A stretch of 64,000 bases of DNA from the human T2T-CHM13v2.0 reference genome, Homo sapiens. Positions 39,729 to 53,450 of this stretch are shown here, in pieces; position 1 is the first letter of the stretch; every line of letters begins with the position of its first letter. Below the pieces are notes generated by a model. The model made no database searches and was not told the DNA's origin. It saw only the letters and a list, made by a program, of their open reading frames with translations. Both the position numbers and the translations under genes were made by a program. The stretch lies in NCBI RefSeq assembly GCF_009914755.1, contig NC_060933.1, one strand, 5' to 3'.

Positions 39729-40559
39729 ATATGTGCGTAAATACACACCCCCCCCACACACATATATAGAAAAATATATATTTATATGTACAAGATATAT
39801 ACCATTTAGGATGTTTTTAACATCAAGAGCTTGGATATAGGAACATGTTCTGATGGGAGCTCTGCTGGGGTTTTTAAGGTTAGCACAAGGGAAACATTGA
39901 AACAAAATCCTTTCTCTACGCAAAGTGTGATTTGGTTTTGCATAATGCATTGTGCTTCAGGTGCCAAGTTCCAGACACAAGGAGAATTAATGGAATAGCA
40001 TCAGTAAAGGGCTTTAGACTCCTCACAGGAAGTTCCCCAGCCTCATTAAAGGTAATATTATTCCAGTTATAGAGTTTAGTTGAAAACAACAAAATAATGT
40101 TTTCCTCTCTTTATTGCTAATTTCTCCAGGCTTGGCAAAGAAAGCTTTGCTCTGAATTCACTGGCTCTACCACCTTTGTAGATCGCAGAATTCCATTTCA
40201 AAGTTGCCTACACCAGGGCACCTATGAGTGTGGACTGGAGAGATATACAGCCACATGTAATTTCTGAATATTTTTGTGCATATAGCTCTTGTCACTCTCC
40301 ACTTTATTTCCTATGAATATATTTGTATTTTCTATTGAATTATCAATGCCTTGGGGAACTTCAGTATTATAAGAAAACTTATAACACTGATTTGTTCTCA
40401 GGGACTAGCACAATGTTTGGCAAACAGTGGGAGTGTCATAAATGAGTGAATTAATTAATGAATAAATGAATGAATACCTACTCAATGAAAAATTGCGAGT
40501 GAGAGATTAAAGGAATCCTAAGAGACGAACCAACCTCTGTATTCTGATGGGAAGAGTCT

Positions 40560-41095
40560 ATGAATTTATCAGAAAAAATTTTCAAAATGCTAATTGAGAT
40601 ATTTTACTTTCCATTCTAAACAATCTGTGCTTACCACAATGATACATTGATACGTATTTCAATGGGCACACTACCTCAACCTATAAAGCCTCTGAGATCT
40701 TGCTTCTGACTGTCTCTTTGGTTTTATCTACTACTACTGTCTCCTCCCAGGTTTCCTCTGCTCCAGTTACTATTATATTATCTCTTTGCATTTCTCAAAC
40801 ATACCAAGCACTCTTCAACCTCAGGAACTTTGTACTTGCTGTGCCCTTTATTTGGGGTGTTCATTCAAAGACACTCTTTTTCTTCATTGAGTGACTTGCA
40901 CAGTTCAGAAGGTATCATCACAGAGAGGCCATAAGGGGCCACACTAGATTTAACTGTTACTTCCAAATATAGTACACTATGTTTTCACCACTCTAATTGA
41001 AGGACAGAAAGTACAGGGACTAAGTCTGTTGTGCTCAACATTGTATCCTCTGTTCTCAGTACTAAGCCTGACACTTGTTGGATGAGTTTATGAAT
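40560..41095 (+). mobile_element. L2 3' region
   Basis: ttctcaaacataccaagcactc...acctcaggaactttgtacttgctgtgccc...tgtatcctctgttctcagtactaagcctgacac. Confidence 0.7.
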
Positions 41096-41659
41096 TTAAG
41101 ACTGAGTTATATTCTGAGTACAAAGTTTTTGGCCTGCTTATACTATGTGACTGTACATTTGCCCAGTATATGCACACAATTCCAACTTAAGGGGATTTAA
41201 CTTGGCAGAGAGCTTTCCTGAAGTTGCTTTATGTATGATGCATTATTATTCAATTGCATTTCCCCTGGTGAAAAGCTGGCAGGCTGTTCCTCTGTGACAG
41301 ATGTGCTTGCTTTGGTTGAGTCACCACCACAAGGCGTATTATCAGTTTTACTAATGTTTGCTCTTTTATACTCTAACAGGTAGTGTGATTCATCCAGTCC
41401 ATATAGGTCAGGAATCTGATGCATACATAAATCTGCATTGTAGTATAGTACGTGCACAAAATTTCATTCATGGGAGAAAAACATGGAAAACATGGCTATT
41501 GCATGCACAGCTAATATATGCACACATAAACAAAGATAAAATTAGCTTATGTATCCAAGGGCATAGAGCCATTTTCATGCTTAATCACTTGATTTTACAG
41601 AGTTACACATCCAAAGAGTTGGAATGGATCTTTTATTAGCGGTTGATAAGTAGTAGTTT

Positions 41660-41845
41660 GCCACTCTGCTAGACTTGGCACATCTGAGTCATCTGGCAAT
41701 AGTTTTTCTATACAGATTCCTGGGTTGAAAACTTACATTTTATTTTTTAGGGGAATTGGAGTGGAGCCTGGGAATCTGCAGCTTTCAAAAGTTCTAAAAG
41801 CTCCATGGCAGCTAATTCTGATGTGCAGCCAGATTTGGAACCCTT
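41660..41845. mobile_element. MER5-like DNA transposon
   Basis: tacagattcctggg...gtggagcctgggaatctgca...taattctgatgtgcagccagatttggaacc. Confidence 0.7.
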
Positions 41846-42069
41846 ATTTTATACTATATATACATAAATTTGGCAGAGTAGCTGTTTTCATTTCACATGC
41901 CAACTCTGATCAACTGGAAGTAGTTTCTTGGAGCTCTGTGTTTGGAAAGATTCTGAGGAAGCATCACAAATAATGCCATGACTGATAACATATCCCTTGA
42001 ATGAGTTTGCAGACGAGAATAGCAGTGTATGTGCCAATTATTCAATGACTCCAATGTCATCCAACTGCA

Positions 42070-42760
42070 TAACTTCAATCCCCTCTACAATATCCTACAT
42101 CATGGTCACTTAGTGTCTCTTGGAACATTTCCAGCAAAAAAGAAAATTATAATGGTCTAAGGGCAACATTTCCATCTCCCCGTAGCTCCTTCTTATTTGA
42201 ACTAAAACTCTTTCTCAGGATTTCATTCAGATCAAAATTTTACTCCTCAAGGCCAGGCAAAATAAGTCTTCACTTTCTGGCTATGATGACCCTTCAGCTA
42301 TTGTAAGGCTGTGATCAGACAACCCTAGCCCTTGTCTGCTCTACTTCAGGAAAAGAAGTCTCATTCTTTTTATGACAAGTCATTGACCCCCTTCCCAATA
42401 GTGGTCATTTTCCTCTAGACATGTTTCAGTTGGATAATGTTCTATGACGAGTGTGCTGGTCAAAAGTAGACATGATTCTCTAGCTCTGGTCTAAGCATCA
42501 TTAAAAAAAAAAGACTACCATCACCCATAGTTTATTAATTAATTAATTAATTACAACAGCTTTTTTGGCAAGTAGACTGTATTGCTGACTCAAATTGATT
42601 TTATTTTTTGACAAAATTTATTGTATTTTATTTATTTTAAATATGATATGCCATCAGCCCTTTTTCTCACTTCTATAAGTGTTATAATATCAAAATATAA
42701 ACCCTACTTTTTTTCACTTTAAATTTTACCTTGTTAAAGTTGGTCATTTCATACAGCTCA
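42070..42760 (-). mobile_element. L3/CR1 LINE fragment
   Basis: ccctctacaatatcc...atgacccttcagctattgtaaggctgtgatc...gtagacatgattctctagctctggtctaagca. Confidence 0.55.
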
Positions 42761-43074
42761 AGGATATTCAGCATATTGATAAAACTTTCAGAATTTTAAG
42801 TTTAGTAGATCTGGGTTTGAATCTTGACATTGTTTCTAAGTAGCTATATGACTAAAAAAGAGTTTCTTAAAATCTTGAAGTTTAACATTTTTAAATTTGT
42901 AAAATGTGAAAAATAACCTGCCTCTAGGGTTGTACACTATTCCTAAAATGGTAGTCTCAGATATTATAAAAATCTAAGAAGTGGTGATTATTATTATTTG
43001 CTTTTCCTGTCACCCAATTAATTTGGTGATTTTTCAAAGCTTCCTATTACATGTCAAGAAAATGCTTCATTTAC

Positions 43075-43260
43075 ACCTTCATCGATTCATCAATACAAAC
43101 AAAATTTATTAATTATCTACTTTACGCCAGAGACTCTGCTAGACATAGGGGATGCACTGGTGAATGGGACAGACAAAATTCTTATAATTGTGGAACTCAC
43201 AGTGCAGTGGGGAAAAATGTGTTGATATGAATAATTAGAATAATGTATGCTAAGAGCTAA
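43075..43260 (-). mobile_element. L2 3' end
   Basis: aatttattaattatctactttacgccagagactctgctagacataggggatgcactggtgaatgggacagacaaaatt. Confidence 0.75.
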
Positions 43261-43469
43261 CACAAAAACAAATAGAGTTTTATAAAAGACTTGTATATCT
43301 CCACCTATGTTATTTGTTAAAATAAAATATGTGTTGGAGTAGGGTGTACGATGTCTCCTATCTCTGCCCTTTACATTTCCCTAAGCTTTAGAAGGCCTAG
43401 AAGATTGATGACTCCATCCATGGTTGAAAGACTAGCACACATATATCTGTTGCATAGGAAATACTCATG

Positions 43470-43592
43470 AACTGCATGGATTGCAAGTCCCATGAAGATA
43501 GGATGCCTTCTTGTTCTTCATTGTGTCTCTACTACCAAGTACAGGAAATGGCATGTCAAGTCTTCAATAAATATTTGTTGAATGAATAAATA
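43470..43592 (+). mobile_element. L2 3' end
   Basis: gattgcaagtcccatgaagatagg...caataaatatttgttgaatgaataaat. Confidence 0.75.
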
Positions 43593-45534
43593 CATCTAAC
43601 CATGTGTTTCAAGCTCATGAAAGCATATGAATAGTTATTCACTGACCTAAAGATTATTCTAATAGAACCACATTGAGTAAGAAAGTAAGAAAGTGCCAGC
43701 CTTGTTCTTCCTGCCTAACCCATTCAATTCTACTTCAGTATTCTTTAGTCTCCAGTGAATAATAATGGGACTGAGTGATGAGATGTAACAGTTCAAATTT
43801 TATCATTTGAAGCAGTTTCTACTGTGGATTTTTAAAGTGAAATGGACAAAATGTGTGTGTGTGTGCACGTGTGTGTGTATGTACATGTTTAATCAGACTC
43901 TATTTGGGCAGTGGAAATAGATACCCTCTTCAGGTCTCTTGGGCCATAACACCTTTCCAGTAAATGAAGCCTCCACAGACAGGAAGCATGGCATGAATGC
44001 TGTGCTGCAACTGAGCTGCAGCAAGGTGCCATTAAAAGTAGTTTTGTTCATTACAATTTGATTCTCCACCTGTCTGGGGTGGTCCTTTATATCTCTCCAT
44101 CACTTCTCTTACTTTGTTGGCTCTAATGAATAGGTGGGTAGATTAAATTTTTGGACACACCAAAAACACACAGCCTACCTTGTTTGTCTCTGAGTTCACC
44201 AAATAGGCTACTCTAGAGACTGAAAGAAACTGAGGGATTCAAGAGTGAAGCCTTATGAAATTACTAAGGAAGCTTACCTATAAATATCTAACTATTCAAA
44301 ATTTGAGATCTAATCAATAAGCATTGGCCTGTAAGGGACAATGAGGACAGGTGTTGAGGATATGGCCACTGCCTTTATAATTTCTGAACATCTCAGGTGT
44401 AGCGTGGTCCAGTTATATCTAGGGCTGGGCAGTGTGGACCTCAGCAGAGAAAATGTCTGAACCTGGGATTGGACTCAGCTAATGTGGAAGGCAGTCAGTG
44501 TTTTTGGTTAAAAAAATATATCTAGTATACTAAACATCTTACTTGGTTACCAAACACAATTGAGAGTCTAGGTCAAATTCTTTGTGCTGATAGAGCACAA
44601 AGAAGGGATATGTTAGAGAAGCAAAGTCCATATGACTAACAAGGTAGCTGTAAAGTTTCAGTGACATAAATTATAGAATACACGGAAACCTCAAGTCTTA
44701 GGCGCAGGAGGCATAGAAATTGACACACATCAGACAGGGTGCTAATTAAATAAGATTATTAAAAGATGATATTAAAAATCATCTTAGACTTAGAGAATGT
44801 TTCTGTTCAAATATCCAAGGTAATTCAGTCTTAAGTTACCCGCTTATTTTAAAATTAAAATCTGACAAGGGGTTCATAGGTAAGAATTCTAATTCCTGAT
44901 TTGAGTCGTGATTTTTAACATACTATAAAAAGTCAACATTTAAAACACATTTGGGTACAGTGGGGCTAAATTGCAAACCATGGTTTTTCATTGTTTCCTC
45001 ATTTTTGCAGTTCTTGTTCTGGTGTAAGATTCACTTTTCCATTTAGAACATGAACTTCCTCAGTGGATAAACTGCGGATGTCTTGTTCATTTTCCAGCTT
45101 GAAAGGCCCATGGGGAGTCAATACACAGCCTCAAAATGTCATCACAAGGGGCAAAGGTGAAACTGGAATAAAACTCTAGTCATTTACTTCCACATAAAGT
45201 AGGATGGCTCAACTTTTATGTGTTTAGCATGCTAGTTTCTACGTAAAAAGGCACTAAATTTTTTTATATGCATGGAAATTTGAGAAACTTTGAACTAAAA
45301 AAAATCAATGACGCCCCTCCTGCTCTATTTAAGTCACCACTTAAAAAATCTTTTTAAAAATATGGAAGTTTATGCATTCACAAAAAAAAGCTAGAAGTCT
45401 ATCAGTCAAGTTTACAAAATATAATTTGAATGTTCACCTATTAAGTGTTTTCAGGTACAGTTAATGTGATAGGTAGGAGGGAAGATAATTAAGAAATAGT
45501 TCCAGGCTCAAGTGGCAGTTCTAGAATTCCTATC

Positions 45535-45775
45535 TAATAATATTATAGCTAATATTTACAAGAAGCTTACTGTGTGTCAAATTCCATCCCAAGCGCCTAA
45601 CATACGTTAACTCACATAATCTTACAACAGTCATGCATAATACATATTATTAATATTTCTTGTTTTGCAAATAAGAGAGTTGCGGAAAGGTAAAATATCT
45701 TGTCTAAAGTGACATGGTTAATAAAATGCAGGGCTGGTGATTTTAACCCCTGCAGGCTGCCTTTAGAAGCTATAG
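45535..45775 (-). mobile_element. MIR SINE
   Basis: atagctaatatttacaagaagcttactgtgtgtca...taactcacataatcttacaac. Confidence 0.75.
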
Positions 45776-45781
45776 TTACTA

Positions 45782-45954
45782 TATTATCCTTTCTTAAGTG
45801 TCTACTTCAGAAGCAGGAACTTTGTCCTACACCAACAGCAATCTAAATTTTCATTCACTTTTATCTTATGTTATCCTGCCTTACGTGTCTGCTTCGGGGC
45901 AAGAACTTTGTACTCCACCAATAGCAATATAAATTCTCATTCATTTTCTCTCTA
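45782..45954. repeat. Diverged ~87-bp tandem duplication
   Basis: 45782-45868 vs 45869-45954, about 80% identical by eye. Confidence 0.85.
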
Positions 45955-47859
45955 TTGTGTATGCTATTTTTCATTCATCCATTCATATATCAGCCATTTT
46001 GTAAATGCCTACTGTGTACTGCAACACCACGTGGATGCCTTTTCTCATTTCCTAATGTTTATTTAAATAAATTTTATTAAAAAGTTTAAGTTCAACGAAA
46101 CCCATTGTATTTTACAGTTATAAATCCCTAGGAGAGATACAATGCATTAAGTAATCCAGATCTTTATAGGCCCATATCCTCTATGGATGTACTTACAGAA
46201 AAACAAATGGGAAGCAGATTTCATGAAATTCAAACATTTATTGTAACCCACGGCTACTCTTCTAAAGTTTCCTATTCGCAATTCTCATAGTCTCAACTAC
46301 TGATGTGAGTGGCCTTGGAAATCATAGGCTTAATGAAAACAAATACAGTCCTTTCAGTTTCTTAGAAAAAAAGGAGTAATTTTTACTTACAATAAAACTG
46401 TGTTTGGAGAATGAATACTTCAAATTGTGATTACGCCAACAACCTTCATTCTTAAAGTTAAATTCACAAAAAAGTAGTTTACTTCTCAGAGAAATCAATT
46501 AATTTACCTTCTTCAGTATGGGTGTCCTTCTGGCTTTCGTATTGGGTACAATCTCATTTTATTATTATATTAAACCAATAATAGAATTCCAGGTATTCTC
46601 TTGGCAAGGAGCAATAAAAAAAGGCAGCATCCTGTGTTAGATAAAAATCTTTCATTATATACGATCAAATGCCATGTATTCTGCAATGGTGAAATGCATT
46701 TGTTCGTTTTACACGTGTGATGTGAATCATTTTAAAAGCCATAATCACAACACAGCAGATGCTAATAAATTTTCAATCTGTTAGGCTTTGTTTTCTGGAG
46801 AATGAATTTGATTTGTGATACAAATGTTACATGGGTGATTGTGTTTAGCCATGGAGATTATGGGAGGTCTGGTATGCTAACCTCTGGGTTGTTTTTACTG
46901 TCTGATCATGCTTACAGAGAATCCACTTCATAGGATACTGTGCATCACTGCAATGGGCTAATTCTCCTTTCTTAAGCCCTTTTAAGACTCTCTCTCCAGC
47001 TGTATAATATTTGTTAGGACTTATTTGTCAGAAATCTGGAGGACATTTCTGGAGGAGGAGAACATCAAATATTCAAAATCTTAGACCTGAGCTATCTGCT
47101 TTTCTTTCCATTGCTTCATTATTAGCACTAGACTCTTGGATAATTCCTACATTATTCCCTTTTGTTGTTGTTGTTTTTTGGCTCTGTCAGTCCTAGTAGT
47201 TAATCAACTAATTCCTGCAACTTACTTTTAGCTCTGATCTCTGGAATCTTGACCTTGGCTCACATACTGATGATGGCCCATAATTTGGCAAATCCCAATA
47301 CAGTCCACTTCATGTACTTGAAATACAGCCTCAGTTTGAAAGAGGATCAGTGGAGAGTCCTTTGGAACTAAAGGGCTACAACTGTAAGTGGGTGACTGAA
47401 GATAACTGAGGATGTTTGTATCCAGGGAGAACAAGCCCAAGGCAGAAACAGAGGAGGCTGTGGATAACTGCAGAATCTAGAATCTAAAGGCTTACCACAG
47501 TACAGAAGGAAATCCAGAAGCTACAAGTAAAGTAATATAAGTCAAACTGGAACAGAAACAACTGTAGTAAAAATCATAAAATTGGAAAACCAAAATGATA
47601 TAACATCCTAAATTGGTATCAGAAGGACTTTGCTTGAAGACTCAGTGCAGTACCAATAAACATGTATCTCCTCTTCTCTATATTTCATAATTGTCACCCT
47701 AAGAAGGTCTTGATGGCACCAATTGATTTCTGATAGTGGGTTCCACCTAATGGTGAGAAAACAACTTTATAAATGTAAGGCATAGAGACTATTTTTTAAG
47801 TAAGGTCCACTCACTGAGGAGCATTCCGTATTTCCTCTGTGTATGAAGTCTTAGAAAGT

Positions 47860-48420
47860 TTTAGAAAACATATAAACAAAAAGCAACCACCCTAATATCT
47901 TTAACAATTTTTAAATTTTATATGTTGTCCTACAAAATTAATATATACTCATACATATTTTAACAACTTGAAATTTATATACTTACACTATTATGCCCTA
48001 AATATATTCCAGATTGCAAAGCAGATTTTATGATATAATTCTTCAAGTCTGCATCACATTTCATTAATGTTTTATAAGTTAATTAACAAGTCTCTGTTTC
48101 GGAGATAATTATGTCATATTTCCATTTTCTTTATTGTAAACAATGACACTATGAACATCTTTCACTAAATGCAGAGTGTAAATAATTGACTGTCTTTTGG
48201 ATATGGTTCCCAAAAATGATTTGTAACAGTCCATATTCATGGTTTTATAGTTTGGGATTCATTTTACAAAATTGTTTCCCAAAGGAATATAAAAATTACA
48301 CTGATGTCAGATTTGTGTATGTACCAATTTCACTGTAAACTCTATAGAATTATAGATAGAATACATAATTATATATTGTATTATAATTTTATTTAATAGC
48401 TAAACCACAAGGCATTCCAC
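47860..48420 (-). mobile_element. Old L1ME-like fragment
   Basis: ttccattttctttattgtaaacaatgacactatgaacatcttt...caaaattgtttcccaaagga. Confidence 0.55.
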
Positions 48421-48931
48421 ACTTAAGTCTTAAAACATAAGAGCTTTACAATATAATGTGGCGTTACAGTTGGAAAGATTCCTGGAAATAATCAGCCCAA
48501 TTCTCTTATTTTTCAACTCAAGAAGCAGAGTCTTAGAGAAAGCCAGTGAGTTATTCAAGGTTATAGGGTACATTATTATTGGAGCAGGGAATTAAATCTA
48601 GGTTGCCTGACTCCTTGCTTAGTGGCCCATTATATCACCACAGAGTCCCTTGGACTTCTCATAGGTGAGATCAGTTGCATACCAATACAAAAGCAGTATT
48701 TATTAGTGTTTCATATATTATTATTACTATAAATCACTTATATGCATGTTTACATTTATACACATCAATCAAAAACATACTGTCCTTTTTAAAGTGAGAT
48801 TGAGACAGTGTAATGGATATTAACATATTTAATCGCTGGTTTGGTTCTTCAGAAAATCTTAGAATTGTACTTTAATATTCTTTGTCAGCATTTTTTCTCT
48901 ATCATTGTATTTATTTGGGGTAGGAGCATAT

Positions 48932-49518
48932 TGTGGGCAGAATTCTAAATGGCTGCCTGTTACTACTACAATTATCATGTTACATGGCAGTAGGAATTTT
49001 GGAGCTATAATTAATATGCTAAGCCATTAATGTAAAATAGGGAGATTACTTAGGTGGGCCTCATCTAATCACAGGAGCCCTTTAAAAGCTATCCTCTACT
49101 ACCTCCTCCAACTGGTAGCAGAAGAGAAAGTCAAAGAGATTGAAATTGAATCTGGTTTGAAAATTGCTGGCCTGAAAATGGTGGAAATCACAAGTAAGAA
49201 CTGGAGAGTGGTCTTTAAAAGTTGAAAGTGATCCCTAACTAGAAGCCAGCAAGAAAATGGTGACCTCAGTCCTGTAACTGTAAGGAATGGAAGTCTGTTG
49301 ACAACAGGATGAGTTTGGAAACACGTTCTTCCCCAGATCCTCCAGAGAAGAGCCTAACCTGGGGACAGCTTGATTTTGGCCTTGAGAAGTCCTAGGCAGA
49401 GACTTCTGACCTACAGAGCTGAGACTTTTGACCTACAGAGCTGGGAGTTAATAAACGGATGTTGCTTTTAGCTGTTAAGTGTGTAGTAATTTTTATGCAA
49501 CAGTGGAAAATTAATACA
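48932..49518 (+). mobile_element. MLT1D/E-like MaLR solo LTR
   Basis: tgtgggcagaattctaa...gccagcaagaaaatggtgacctcagtcct...gcaacagtggaaaattaataca. Confidence 0.85.
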
Positions 49519-49524
49519 TAGGCT

Positions 49525-49922
49525 AATTCAGGATCACCATCTTCCCCTGCAGAAGCCAAAGAGGCTAGATACTCCTTCCCTTACTCCCATTCACACCGTA
49601 ATGGGCATATGATCTAAACTTAGCCAACCAGACATTTCACCTTAGGATTTAGTATTTGAGCATATGACTCCAGGATGAGAGAAATAGTTAGAAAACAGGT
49701 ATAATAGATGCAGTGTTCGCAGCAGACTATTCCTGATACTAGAACTCTGCAGTATCTCTGCTTGCTAGCCATCTGCAGCAGGCTCTCTTCCTGAATTTTA
49801 AAGCTGGACCTTCAGATATCCATGAAAATGGTAAATTCCTTGATACATTGCCTAGTAATTCTATTTTGCTGAGATTATCAAGATTTCTTTACTGTTGCCT
49901 GTAGAAAATAACCCAACTAATA
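49525..49922 (+). mobile_element. LTR33-like ERVL LTR
   Basis: tgggcatatgatctaaacttagccaaccagac...actgttgcctgtagaaaataacccaactaata. Confidence 0.5.
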
Positions 49923-50140
49923 GAAGTACTGAATAAAACATAAGCCAATTATTTTCTAAATCTTTCCAACACATCCAATAATCAAATCAGTTTTCTTCCC
50001 AACCTCATTTGGTTAATGGAATATTCCACGGCTTCACAGTGTCAGCACAGATCTTGGTCAGCCGCATATGCTCAGTTTCTATCCACCAATTTCTGGAGTC
50101 AATAACTGATGATCCCAGGCCTGGAGAAAGAGCCAGTTGT

Positions 50141-50425
<285 letters not shown>

Positions 50426-50459
50426 TCAATATTTATTATTTTGTGCTTTAGGTAGCATC

Positions 50460-51003
50460 TGAGAAGAGTATCTCCCTTATTCTGAGGAATCATTTATTAC
50501 CTCAGTGATGTAATTCTGCTTAAGCTTCCAGTCCCAGGCCACTCTGTCCAAGTCACACTGTAGTCATGTGACCAAACCTGAACCAGTCATAAAACTCAAT
50601 TACCTAGTCATAGAATTTGATCCAGAAATTGACACATGACCCAGTATAGGCCAATCAGAAATACTCTCTAGGATTTTTCCAGTGAAGCCAGTGATAATGG
50701 TCCTTTTACTTCTCTGGTCATGTGGCTTTTAGAACTATTAACCTATAGCCACTGGCAGCTTTGTGGCCTACCCTGTGGGGAAATTAAAGCAGAAGGAGAA
50801 CAAAAGAAAATAGTGGTCAGAAGCAAGCATAGAGAGAATCTTGCTGACATGCATGGTCCTAAATCCAGTCGCCTTCAAGGCAGGTGAGTCTGTGTCCCTC
50901 TCTCAGTTTTATTACATGAGTAGATCCATCTCCAGTTAGGGTTAAGTTTGTCAGGTTAGATTGCTATGACTCTTGGTAGACCTTTGAGACCTTTGAGAAT
51001 ACA
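50460..51003 (+). mobile_element. Old MaLR LTR (MLT1K/L-like)
   Basis: gtcatgtgaccaaacctgaaccagtc...gacacatgacccagtataggccaatcaga. Confidence 0.5.
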
Positions 51004-51134
51004 AATCACTGTCTATGATACTATCCCAATCAGCAAACATCCCAGAGGAGACAGAGCCTCAACTATGTCTTCAAATATCACATTGTGGAATGCTCACCTA
51101 ATCCCCTGCTCTGTCAGGATGGCTTAGATAAATA

Positions 51135-53450
51135 ATTTTTAAAAATAAAACATTATATTTAGAAGCAATTATGGATGTATATGCAGTTGTAAAAAAAAAT
51201 AGAGATTTAGCATACCCTTTACACAGTTTCCCCAAATACTAACATCTTGCACTAAAGTACAGTATCACAGACAGGATATTGACATTGATATAGTCAAGAT
51301 ACACAATAGTCCATTAATATATCCTCTAATTCTACAGTTTTGTCATATCAAGCATGTTATGTAAGTTGAATCATACAGTATGTAACCTTTACAGATTGAA
51401 TTTTTTTCCCTCCGCGTAATTCCCTCAGGATGCATCCAACCTGTTTTATACATTCATAGTTATTTTCTTTTTATTGCTGAGTAGTATTTTATGGTATAGA
51501 TATACCACAACTTTTTGTTAGCTATTTATCTATTTCCAGTTTTTAGGCTATAAGAATAAAGCTGCTGTGAATATTTGCATGCCGATTATTATGTGAACAT
51601 ACATTTTCTTTTCTCTGGGATAAAAGCCCAGGAGTGCAATTGTTGTGTCCCATGTTTAGTTTTCTAAGAAACTCCCAAGGTTTTAAAGGTAATTTATACC
51701 ATTTTATGATATGTAAAATAGCTGTACCACTTTACATTCCCACCAGCAATGTGTGAGCAATCCAGTTTCTCTGCATGCTCATCAGCATTTTATTTTTTCA
51801 CTAGTTTTGTTTGTTTTCTTGATTCATTCTGATCTTGTATAGAGATAATTCAATGTAATTTATATTTACATTTTTCTAATGGCTAATTTTTGCTGATTTT
51901 CTAATTGTATTCTTTCTCTTGTGAGTTTTGAGAGTTTTAAAATATATTCTAGATAGCATTATCATCAGATACGTGGTTTGCAAATGTTTTCTCTCAGTCT
52001 GTTGCTTGTCTTTACATTATCTTCAGGTGGACTTTAACAGAGTATAAGTTTTTATTTTGATGAGGTCCAATTTATCCATTTTTAATTTTTCAAATCATGC
52101 TTTTCATATCAAGTGTAAGAACTCTACTCCTAGGTCTAGATCCCAAATACTTGTTCCTGCTTTTCTTTCTAATATTTTATGTTTTATATTTAAATCAATA
52201 TAGATTTTGAGTTAATTTTTGTATAAGTCTTGAGACTTAGATCAAGCTGCTTTTGTTGCTGCTGGGGCTTCCTCTTCCTCCTCCTTCTGCCTGTTGATGG
52301 TTAATTGCTCTAATATCATCTGTTAAAACATCTATCTCTGCTCTGTTGAATTACGTTTGTCAAAATATCAGCTGAACATATGGTTATGGGTCTATTTCTG
52401 GGTTCTGTTGCATTGATCTGTGTATATATCCTTTTATCAATATGACATTGTCTTGAGTACTATAGCTCTATGTTAACCCCTAATATCAAGTAGAGTGATT
52501 CCCTTAAATTTGTTCATTTGCAAGATTGTTTTAGTCATTCTAGGCCTTTTCTTTCCACATAAATTTTACAATATGCTCATCAATGTCTGCAAAAAACCTT
52601 GTTGGGACTTTGACAATAACTACATTAAGCCTATCAATCATTTTATTGTCATTTTGTAGATTCATATCTTTACTATGTTGAATTTTCTAATTCATAAACA
52701 TGGTATGCCTCTTCATTAATTTAGGGCTTCTCTGATTTATTTCATCAGCATTTTGTAACTTTCACCATACAAGTTCTAAACACATTTTAAATTTAACACT
52801 TAAGGTTAAACCTAAAACATTGCATCTTTTGGAAAGTTTGCAAATGGTATTGTGTTTTTAATTTTGGTTTCCATAAGTTCATTTGGTTTGCCATCAAGTA
52901 CTCCCTCATTATAAAAATTCAGGAAATATTTGATAGCAAAATAAATTCAAGAGTGGAATTTTGTAACCTGAAATTTTGATATTATTATAACTATAATTAA
53001 ATACATCCTGGAGATCTTTAAAAAGAAGAGATAGTTTTTTACTACCTTAATATATACAAATATGAATCATCATAATTTGTTTTGTGCATTGCTTTTGTAT
53101 TCTATGACTATGCTGAACTCAATTACTTGTTCTAGAAGATTTGTATGGATTCCTTGAGATTTTCAATGTATAAAATCATCTGCAAATAAGAACAACTTTA
53201 TTTTTTTCTTTCAAATATGTAGGCCTTTTATTTCTTTTTCTGACCTTATTGCTGTGGCTAGAATTTCCAATACTATGTTGAATAACAGTGAGAAGAATGG
53301 ACATCCTCAACTTCTTCCCAATCTTAGAGGAAAACATTCAGTCTTTTACCATTATATATGATATTAGCTGTAGGATTTTTGTAGATATTCTTTTTCAAAT
53401 TGAAGTAGTTCCCTTTTATTTTTAGCTTACTAAGAAGTTTGCTTTGTATG
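51135..53450 (-). mobile_element. L1MC-like LINE, ~2.3 kb of 3' UTR and ORF2 end, with a non-L1 insert at 52887-53051
   Basis: ttacattcccaccagcaatg, ttgatgaggtccaatttatc, tactatgttgaataacagtgagaagaatggacatcct. Confidence 0.9.
52887..53051. repeat. Locally templated insertion: inverted 24 bp plus direct ~140-bp copy of 54054-54193
   Basis: 52887-52910 is the reverse complement of 54058-54081 (22/24); 52912-53051 matches 54054-54193 at roughly 85%. Confidence 0.9.

Noticed and set aside
39477-39950. Longest ORF (157 aa, minus strand)
   Set aside because: Runs through an MSTD-like LTR and a TA-rich tract; no recognisable domain.
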